NCBI GenBank assembly: GCA_001179505.1
Contig: CDMY01000595.1
Span: 1 to 45,668 of the forward strand
Origin: Vitrella brassicaformis CCMP3155
Lineage: Eukaryota > Protista > Chromerida
DNA length: 45,668 nt
Direction: 5' to 3'
Below are positions 1-9,300 of this stretch, piece after piece. The notes under the pieces are model-generated. The model had not been told where the DNA came from and did not search any database. It saw nothing but the letters and a program-made list of their open reading frames with translations. Within the stretch, counting starts at the first letter, position 1. Each line of letters begins with the position of its first letter. A program made the position numbers and the translations under genes.

Positions 1-115
1 CCCAAACCCCCCAAACCCCCCTAACCCCTAAACCATCATCCACGAGTCGAGTCTCGCCACACACACTGTAGGTACAATCTCAGTCAGACACGAACCCTAA
101 ACCCTAAACCCTAAA
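1..115 (+). repeat. Telomere-like repeats (CCCTAAA/TTTAGGG type), degenerate at 1-33 and three perfect units at 95-115
   Basis: 95-115 reads CCCTAAA x3. 1-33 contains the variants CCCAAA, CCCCTAA and CCCCTAAA. The C-rich strand faces the 5' end, as expected at a left chromosome end. Confidence 0.75.
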
Positions 116-389
116 GCACACTGACACACGATGGACACAATTAAATAGCGAAGAAAGTAGACCACTCTCTCACTCGCTCCCGCACAGACACATCCAGCGT
201 CCATTCATTTACTAATACATCGACACCCACCACTCACCACCCACACCGCAGAGACAGACACAGAACCCGGGCAGTGCTGACATCTTTCTCTCCTTCCCGC
301 GTACGCACACAGCGTCCATCCATTCCCCAATGCGCGCGCCAGGCACCCACTAACCCACATGCGGTGCCCACATCAATCCATCCATCCAT

Positions 390-1235
390 CCATGTGTCTC
401 ATTGTGTGTGGCCACAGTCCCGCTGTGCGCATCTCTGTCGCCGCCCGACAACCCAAAAGCACCAACACCACACGTAGGCTGATGCTCTTACATTGCGAGG
501 TAGCTACGTAGATCCCCACAGAGGGACACACGAAGGCAGGAAACCAAGACGCGATATGTAACAGACATAACACAAAACGGTCTCTCTCTCTCTTTCCCAC
601 CCACGAGACAAGCGAGAGGCATGAAAGAAAGAAGACACCCACACATCCGTGTGTGTCTGCGTATCGACATTCGACAAACGAATGGCTCATAGCAGAAGCG
701 CTGATCGGTCGTCTGTGCGCGAGAACCATTGAGATCTGTCAGTGTGTCCATCCGCCCCCTCTCTCTGCTCTCTCTGTGTTGTGTGACGTGTTGTGTGCAT
801 CTCGGCAGCCGCCCGGCAGTCAAAGAGCGACAGACAGAGACACATGCTGACACAGATCGATTGCCGAGCGCTACATCATGCCCACAAAGGGACAGAGAGG
901 AGGACACACTCTTTAAGGGCAAACCCACATACAATACCACACAGAGCACAGCTGGCGAAGACAGAAGAGCAGATCGGCCTCTCTCTCTTTCCACCCACAC
1001 AGAGAGACAGGCAGAAAGGCGACCGACAGAGAGGCACATTTGCACATCGGTGTGTGTGCGTGTCCGTCTGTCGGTGAGCCGCCCGTGTGTGACGAATGCA
1101 CCGACGAGAGATCAGCACACTCTCGCGAGCAGGCGTCACACACAGATATCTCACAGCCAGACGGCAGCCCAAACACCGCTCCACACAGCGATTCCCTGTG
1201 CAGGCAATGAGCCAATCGTCCCCTTCTCTGTCTCC
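390..1235. repeat. Subtelomeric duplicated block, copy 1 (boundaries approximate)
   Basis: Collinear shared blocks with about 2005-2735: gcatctctgtcgccgccc (429/2085), gtgcatctcggcagccgcccggca (about 796/2384), atgcccacaaagggacagagagga, gccgcccgtgtgtgacg.atgcaccgacgagagatca and gacggcagcccaaacaccgc. Confidence 0.75.
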
Positions 1236-2004
1236 TGTGACGGCTGTCTGTCGTGCATCGGCCGACACACTGAGGAGTGTAAGCAACAGAAGCATGACGA
1301 TGCTCAGACCGACACCTTTGTATGAGAGCACACTGACAAAGGGATCTACATACGACAGCCACCCGCTGTCACACACACACACACAGCAGCCAGCACTATG
1401 AGTCGCAGTTGTGCCTTTGCCTTTCCTTTGTGCGCCTCACGACGTGCCTCACGTGTGTGATGTGTGTCTGCCAGACACCGCACGGCCACCGCACACAGAG
1501 TGAAGATCAACACTCACTGTCTATGGTAGCCGCCAGGGATCAGACAGCCAGCACACCAACACACGCAGACACAGCACATCATAGCACCACAGCACCCAAC
1601 AGAATCACTCTGTCTCTCCCTCAATTGTGCCATCTCTCTGCCCCACGAGATGTGACAATGCACCTTCTTCCAGCCAGACTGACAAGCACACACACAGACC
1701 ACAGCAGCCATCCCCTCACTCAGGACGGCATAATAAAGACACCTGAGTGCCAACCCACGAGAGAGACAAGGCGATTCAGTTCAGTCGAGTCAGTCAGTCA
1801 GTCGTCGACATATCGGCCGACACATCGGCCGACACACACATACACACAGACACACACACACACACACAGACAGACGAGCAGCACTCAGCGGCCATCGTTA
1901 GTCGTCAAACCCGCCAGCCAACCAAGCAGACCTCTGTCTCTCTTATGCGCCCATCCCTCTCTCTCTCCCCCCCGCCCGCAGGGGACAGGGAGGCCACAAC
2001 ACTC

Positions 2005-2735
2005 ATGTGTGTCAGTCTGTGTGGTCGGCCATATGGACAAAATGCGTGTGTGTCCATGCACTCATTTGCCCACCCCCTCTGTGGGCATCTCTGTCGCCGC
2101 CCGGCAACCCCAAAGCACCAACGCCGCACATGGGCTGATACTCTGTCGTTGACGAGTGGGCCGAGATGGAAACAAAAGGGAGAGGGGGGAAGACATACTC
2201 ATGCAGTAAAACCACGATCTCAGGCACAGTCTCTTACTCTCGCTCCCAACCACACATAGAGACAGACGGGCCAGGGAGGTGAGAGCCGTGACGGCGACAT
2301 ACACATGGCCGTCAGCGGAGAGTGGCAGAGAGCGTCAGTGGATGTCGGTGTGTAGCCACCGCCCTCCCCCCCCTCTCTCTCGTGTGCATCTCGGCAGCCG
2401 CCCGGCAATCAAAGAGCGACAGACACACTCACATGCTGCCACTCCAGGATTGCAGGCAGCTGAGCGATGCCCACAAAGGGACAGAGAGGACGACACACGC
2501 AGGAAAACTAAACACTCTCTCTTTCCAAGCAGGCGAAAGATGCACAGTGTGTGGGGGTCGGTCTGTTTGTCAGCCTGTGAGCCGCCCGTGTGTGACGGAT
2601 GCACCGACGAGAGATCAAGACACTCTCGCGCACAAACATCCCACTCGCGCTACTGACAGACGGCAGCCCAAACACCGCACCACACAGCGATTCTCTGTGC
2701 AGCCAATCAGCCAATCGTCCCCTTCTCTCTCTCCC
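2005..2735. repeat. Subtelomeric duplicated block, copy 2 (boundaries approximate)
   Basis: Same conserved blocks in the same order as 390-1235, offset by about 1.5-1.65 kb. Confidence 0.75.
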
Positions 2736-3674
2736 TGTCTGTCTGTCTGTCTGTCTGTCATACTTCCCCCGCCCCCCACTCACCGGTCCACACACTCACG
2801 GCAGCAGACGGCGCACACGCAAAACCCCACACAGTCCACACAGAGAGAAAAGGCCGACCAACACACGACAGCCGTCGCCTCACACACACACGGCGACAGA
2901 CTGACAGAGAGAGGGGGAGTCCGTCGACTCATCGGCCGATCATCCTGCCTCCCACACACAAATGGATCCACACACACACACACACAGACACACGAGCAGC
3001 ACTCAGCAGGCACAGAGATGGAGAGCTCGGTCGTCGTCTCGCTTGTCCCAAAATCAGTATATCAGTCACAGCTGACACACACACACACCGCCGCAGACAA
3101 ACAGACGTCATCGGCCTTTCTGTGTGTCCCTATCCCTTTTGGTGTCTGTGTACCATCAGACGGGCACACCCACCGTCAGAGGTATCGCCTTGTCTCGGTG
3201 TCGTCAGTCGGTCAGTCGACGAGGCAGAGAGGGGGAGAGGGAGAGAGATACGTCATCGGCCGATCTGTCCTCCTTCAGCACGTATCGCCGTCACCATCAG
3301 CCATCAGCGCTGATGACACACAGACACACAGATGACAAGCAGCAGTCATCTCGGCGTGTCACTGGCCTGACTGAGGCACCGCCGCAGAGCCGCCCCGCCT
3401 GACTGACACGTTCGTGTGGGCTGGGGCGAACACACGCAGGAATGGGGTGAGGAGGACACAAATCTCAACGGCCGAAAGAGCTGGACGACGTCTCGCTTTC
3501 CGGAGGGTTTTTCGCTTCCGGGGGGTCAAAGGGTTTGTTACCCTGCAAAAGTGCGAGCTTCGATCATATATTCTGGCTTGATTTTGGAGGCGTTGATGGC
3601 AGACAGCCCCACTGCTGCCGCACCAGCCGCAATTGCCGCCACCGACGCACTCACCATCCGGTTTGGCCTTCTCC

Positions 3675-5481
3675 ATGCTGATCTGTCTGCTTAATGCAGC
3701 AGCCCTCCTGTCCGCCTTGGCGAGCGCCACCAGCGCCTTCCGAGCGCCAGCTGTGCCGCAGCCACTCTTTCGCTCGTCCGCCAAGAAGGTGCTGCTGAAA
3801 GCGGCACGCAGCGAGTCGGCACCTGCAGTGGCGACGACATCCGATGGCGTTGATGTGATGATGGACAGGCGCCGGGATGGCGCACACGAGAGGAAGACGG
3901 AGCGGCACTCTGGTGTTGAAGTTGATGTCGATGTCGATGCCAGTGTGGCTGATCGTGCCGTTCAGTCGCATGGGTCATTATCGGCTGGCGGCAGTGGTCA
4001 TGGCGATGGCGTGTCGATATGGGACGAGTGGCTACAGGTGTTCAAGCGGGAGGACAACAAGGAGTGGGACATCGACTTGGTCAGTGGTCTGCACAGCGAT
4101 GGATGGATGGATGGACAGCTGGAGATTTCTCTCTCTCTCTATCGTGTGTTGTGCCAGGTTGTGAATACCTCTCTCGTGGCTGTGTTCTTCATTGGAGCGC
4201 TGTGGAAGATTATTTCCATCGAAATGGACGCTTGGAGGGGTCAGACAGAAACAGCCACACACGAAGATGACAGAAGGAAGAGTGACGCACCTCTCTGCGC
4301 TCGTGGATGAATGGATGCAGGCTGGACAACGCTCGAGATCGCCACTCGTGTGCTGCCGGCCAATTGGGGCGCCTACCTAGGGGTGCTGGCTGCGAAACCA
4401 GTGCTCGTCAAGGTGGGTGCGGTGCCCATCCATCCACACACAGACAGGAGGAATGCTCCATGAACACATGTGTGGCTCGCTGCAGGCACTGACGTCGGGG
4501 ACGGCATACACACTGGGGGACGGCATAGCGCAGGTCAGACATACAGACTGACTGACTGACAGACATGTGTTGTGTGCATCTTCCTACGTGCGACATGGAT
4601 CTATCAGATCACCGAGGGCACGGGTCTGGGCGGCCTTGACCGTGCTCGTGTGGCGAGAAACGGCTTTGCCGGCCTCGTTGGACACGGGCCGCTCTCGCAC
4701 TACTGGTGTGTATGTGTATGTGGGTGGGTGAATGGATGGATGGACAAGTCTACGCACGCTGCACCGTGTCCGGTTGGTTATGGATTGGTTTAGGTACATC
4801 TTGAGTGAATCGTTCTTTGCGAGCATCGGCATCACGGCCTGGTGGGCCGTCTTCCCAAGTGAGCTGAGCGAGGAGGGAGGAGGAGGGCATCCACGCCCGG
4901 CCATCCATCCATCCATCGATCGTGATCTGGCTGTGTGTGTTTCAGAACTGGTCGTCGACCTCACCCTGTGGGGCCCTTTCTTCTGCTCGATATACCTCGC
5001 CATCAATGGCTTCCTGGAAGGTAGGGAGGGAGGGAGGGAGGGAGGGAGGTCAGCCCGGCTGTGTGTGTGAGTGTGTGTGCGCGTGATTCAGGCAAGAGGC
5101 CGGAGCATGTGCTTGACGGCATCCGCACCAACGTCATCCCGCTGTGCATTCAAGGCGCCAAGTTCTGGGGAATCGGTGCGCCAGCCAGCAGAACACACAA
5201 ACCACACACACACACTGGGAGAGACGGAAAGACCTGAACACACACAGACACACACGAGCCCCCTCTGTATATGTGTGTGCGTGTCAGTTGGCCTTGCGAC
5301 GTACAGCGTGATCCCCATCGACCAGCGGCTCCTGTGGGTCGACCTCATGGAGCTCTTCTGGGTGACGATCCTCTCCACCACCTACAACAGGAAGGAGCAG
5401 AAAGAGGCCAAGGCTGACCTGGAGGAGGCTCTCGAGAGGGAGGAGCGCGAGGAAATGCGCACCGAGTTCACAACCAGATGA
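3675..5481 (+). CDS. Mpv17/PMP22 family membrane protein with bipartite signal plus plastid transit peptide; 9 exons
   Basis: Spliced translation: MLICLLNAAALLSALASATSA-FRAPAV leader; WGAYLGVLAAKPVLVKALTSGTAYTLGDGIAQ; DRARVARNGFAGLVGHGPLSHYWY; KLVVDLTLWGPFFCSIY; FWG..ATYSVIPIDQRLLWVDLMELFWVTILS. These are typical Mpv17/PMP22 motifs. All 8 introns are GT-AG with consistent phase. Stop TGA at 5479-5481. Confidence 0.9.
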
Positions 5482-5493
5482 TATGGTGAGTAT

Positions 5494-5793
5494 NNNNNNN
5501 NNNNNNNNNNNNNNNNNNNNNNNNNNNNNNNNNNNNNNNNNNNNNNNNNNNNNNNNNNNNNNNNNNNNNNNNNNNNNNNNNNNNNNNNNNNNNNNNNNNN
5601 NNNNNNNNNNNNNNNNNNNNNNNNNNNNNNNNNNNNNNNNNNNNNNNNNNNNNNNNNNNNNNNNNNNNNNNNNNNNNNNNNNNNNNNNNNNNNNNNNNNN
5701 NNNNNNNNNNNNNNNNNNNNNNNNNNNNNNNNNNNNNNNNNNNNNNNNNNNNNNNNNNNNNNNNNNNNNNNNNNNNNNNNNNNNNNNNNNNNN
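5494..5793. other. Assembly gap (exactly 300 N)
   Basis: Run of N. Confidence 0.99.
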
Positions 5794-6649
5794 GGGCAAC
5801 AGTGTGAGGGATGTGTTTCTCTGTTTCGTGTTTTGTGTTTTGTGATTCGTTGGTCTGTTGGATGATGGGTTAAGACGACGGAAGGGTCATGCAGAGAGGG
5901 GAAGGAAAGTTGCAGTTTTGCCTGTCTGCGTTTGTGCATCTCTATGTGTGTCAATCTGTCTGTCTGTCTGTCTGTGTCTGTTCGTGTGTCTGTCTGTCAC
6001 CCGGCCAACCACCAGACGGCTGCGCGGCACGTTGGGAGAGGAGAGCCCTTTCTCGTTTTACACACATTCACACATACACATACACACCACTTTCTATGTC
6101 AGCAACCGTAGCGGTCTTTTCGTTGCCTGCCTGCCGGCCAGTTGGTTGGATGCAGTGAGAGCGCTGGTCTGGTCCAGACGCTGTGCTGTGCCATTCTGTG
6201 CTCGCGGCGCTTTCCCCTGCCTACTCCTTCCTGACTAACTTGTGCAGTCAGTGAGTGCCTCTGTCTGTCTTGTCTGACTCTCTGTCTGTCTCTCTGCCCG
6301 CCCGGCCGGCCGCCCGTCGTTCTCACCTCGATCAGCTGTACATAGCTAGCTAACCACAAATCGATGCTGCTGCTGCTGCTGCTGTGAGTGTTGCAGTGAG
6401 TGCAGTCGACCAATGCATGCCATGCCCAAAGGAGCGACCGCTCGTTCTGTCTGTCTGTCTGTCTGTCGAGAGAAGATTTTTCTCGATCTGTGTGAGGGCA
6501 ACAGAGAGACCACCGAGAGGGAGAGGGAGAGAAAGGGGGGCAATGCCTCGTACGAAAAACACTGGCAGTGTGTGTATTGTAAATGATATGTCTGGCTGAG
6601 TGTCTGAGTGTGTGTACGGTGGTGACAGTTGAGACATTTTGCCGCCCGC

Positions 6650-7434
6650 CCCCGCCGGCTAATTGACTGACACCTGCAGGGACGCAGCGCGACGTCGAAC
6701 GGTGAATGCATGTGCTGAATGTCTGGGTGTCTGTATGCGTGTGTGTGGTCACCGTCCAGACAGACAGACACACCCACACACCCCCGTGTGTATCCATTAT
6801 CCATCCGACCAATATAATCGATTGTGCATCCGCTGAAGAAAAACGCCCAGACTGTCGAGACAACAACGGCGAGGCTAAGGAGAAGATAGGTCCAGGCCGT
6901 TCTTGTCAAACCGGCCACTCTCCCTCCAGCCCCCGACGCCCCTGCACCCACCCATCAATGGCCACACCAGACAGACAGACAGACAGACCGAGAAAAGACT
7001 CACCTGCAGGATTTTGTGTGTGTGTGTGTGTGTGTGCGGCGTGTGTGCGTGCCTTTGGTCTGCTGCAGGGTGAGTTGTCTTTTGGTTTCCTTGAGCCCCT
7101 GGAACTCGCTGTACTCGGTCATGAAGCGAGCATTCTCTTCGAAGGTCCGCAGCCTCCGGTCCACCTCAGCCATCCGCTGCTCACCTGATTGCTGCACAGA
7201 CAGACAGACAAAGAGCCATTCATCAGAGTGCATGTGTGTGTGGCGACATAGATGTCATTCAGTCACCTTGGTTGGCGGTTTGGTGGCTTTCATCTGGGAG
7301 GCCAGACCAGTGTGTGTGGTGGTGCGGGAGAGGCGGACGGGCGGCGCGACAAAGGCAGACACCGCCGATGGCCGGCAGCTCTCGGCTGCCGAGAGAACAA
7401 GACAGATCACCAACACCGTCGCTGATGAGAGCAT
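6650..7434 (-). CDS. Small secreted or plastid-targeted protein, probably single-pass membrane; 3' end uncertain
   Basis: ATG 7434 gives MLSSATVLVICLVLSAAESCRPSAVSA-FVAPPVRLSRTT (signal peptide, Phe, transit-like segment). Exon 2 (7191-7053) reads QSGEQRMAEVDRRLRTFEENARFMTEY. The exon starting at 6941, in phase 1, gives the hydrophobic helix AWTYLLLSLAVVVSTVWAFFFSGC. No family recognised. Confidence 0.6.
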
Positions 7435-7914
7435 AATGCTGCGCTTAAGCCTTGTGCATGCGCTGATGAGAGCATAATGCAGCGTGCTGGTGCTCCTGGC
7501 GGGCACGTTGTCGGTCTGTTTGTTGCCTCTTCTCGAGCCGCTGTTGGCGCGGTTGAACTCATCCTCCATTGCCGACAGCGGTGCTGCACGAGGTCTTGAC
7601 CTTCCCGTGACGGGATGTCGGGGAGATCGCTGCAGCGCACGCGCACGGCGATCTTCTCTCCTCCAAGCTGAGCTCGCGTTTCGCCAGGAAGCATAGGAGC
7701 ACAGCGTGGATTGATCTCTGAACCTGGAGATGCTGATCGGCCTTTTCACAGCCTTTGCTGGGGAAGCAAACCACCAGCTGCCCGGTTTCTGCTGTTTGTT
7801 CGCTAGTTCCTGGAACCCTTTCTGCAGTGGCGGCGGGACAGAGATCACACGTTCAGGTCTGTGTATGTTATGGCACAGACAGGCGCAGGGATGTGGGGAG
7901 GGAGAGGGCCCGGC

Positions 7915-8135
7915 CGGCCGGCCGGCCGGCTAATTGACGCCTGCGCATGCGCGACGTCGAACGGCGAATGAATGTGTTGATTGGCGGACCGATCACGGAG
8001 ACAGTCAGACAGACACACGCACACACAAACCCCTCTGCACACACACACACGCACACCAAGCAATCGTGTCGTGTCCATCGACAATCAATAATACGACAAA
8101 CCGGCCGGCCACTGCCTGCGATTTCTGCACATGTG
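7915..8135 (-). repeat. Degenerate partial duplicate of about 6650-6945
   Basis: gccggctaattgac...gcgcgacgtcgaacgg[t/c]gaatg[c/a]atgtg[c/t]tga occurs at both about 6655-6720 and about 7925-7980. Weaker similarity continues rightwards. Confidence 0.65.
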
Positions 8136-9169
8136 TGTGCGCACGGTACACAGTCCATCCACCCACCCATAAATCCCTGTAGGTGGCCACCTCACACTCA
8201 CACACACGCACAGCCACACCCACACAGCAAGGGTTAACAAACAATGATCTGGTCCCACAAAGCCGAGCCGCACCGATCTCAGCGATCGCTCTCTATGCTC
8301 TGTGTGTCTCTGTGTGTGTGTATGTCTATGGGTTTTGCAGCTGTCTGTCTGTCTGTTCAGCGAATTGCGTAGACTTAGCCAAGAAGGAGCAAGCAAAGAG
8401 AGAGAAGAGGCAAGCAAGGAGCAACAAAACGGCTAGAGAGAGAAGGAGGGAGAGAGAGAGAAAGAGAGAGAGACGGCAAACGGCAAATGGCAAGGAAATG
8501 AACCACCCGAGCCCCTTTGGCCATTCTCCATCCATCCGTCCGTCCGTCTGGCACTCACTGGCTGGGCTGGCAGGGCAGTGTCGTGCGCATCGATCGCATG
8601 CAAGCCATTGCGCAATCATCGCTTTACACGCCCACGCCCACGCCCACAGACACCCAAAACATTCACGCGCCCGCACACGCACGCACGCACGCACAGCCGG
8701 TCGATTCCGATTCCTTGGTTGGTTAATTACGTACGGCCCTTTGCGGACCGCCCAATCACCCCACCGCCCACCCGCCACTGCAATCAACGGACCACAATCC
8801 TACATAAATGTCTCGTGGGAGGGAGGGGGGGAGGGAGGGGGGGTATAAACTATGCCAGCGGCTGTGATGTAACCATTCCCACCCATCCCAAAACCCCGCC
8901 CTGCCCTCTCCCCCCCCACTCACTGACTGACTGACGGCAGCCAGCCAGCCAGCCGGTTAGCCATGCACCAGCGCTATACAGACAGACATTCCATTCCACC
9001 CATCACATCAGCCAGAAGACTCACTCAGACAGACAGACAGACAGAGGAAAACACATCTCAGTCAGTTGTGTCTCTGTGTGTGTCCCTGCCCCATGCAAGC
9101 ATATATTCCATCCCTCTATCGTCCCTCACATCTCTCTCTCTCTCCGTCCCTCTCTGTCTGTCTGTCTGT

Positions 9170-9263
9170 CTACTTGGTGTGCCATTTGGCGGGGCACGAT
9201 GCCACGGTCGGCATGGACGACATGAACTCGTAGAACGAACTGCACACCTGAAACACGCACACA

Positions 9264-9300
<37 letters not shown>

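Noticed and set aside
7480-7850. Non-repetitive stretch with open frames on both strands, possibly a separate gene or transposon fragment
   Set aside because: No recognisable motif, start/stop pair or splice pattern favours one frame; it is most simply the promoter/5' region of the 7434 gene.
8180-8960. Possible + strand exon (NCVDLAKKEQAKREKRQ..) and promoter-like sequence
   Set aside because: I could not link it to a start codon or further exons; the charged run is largely (GA)n-derived.
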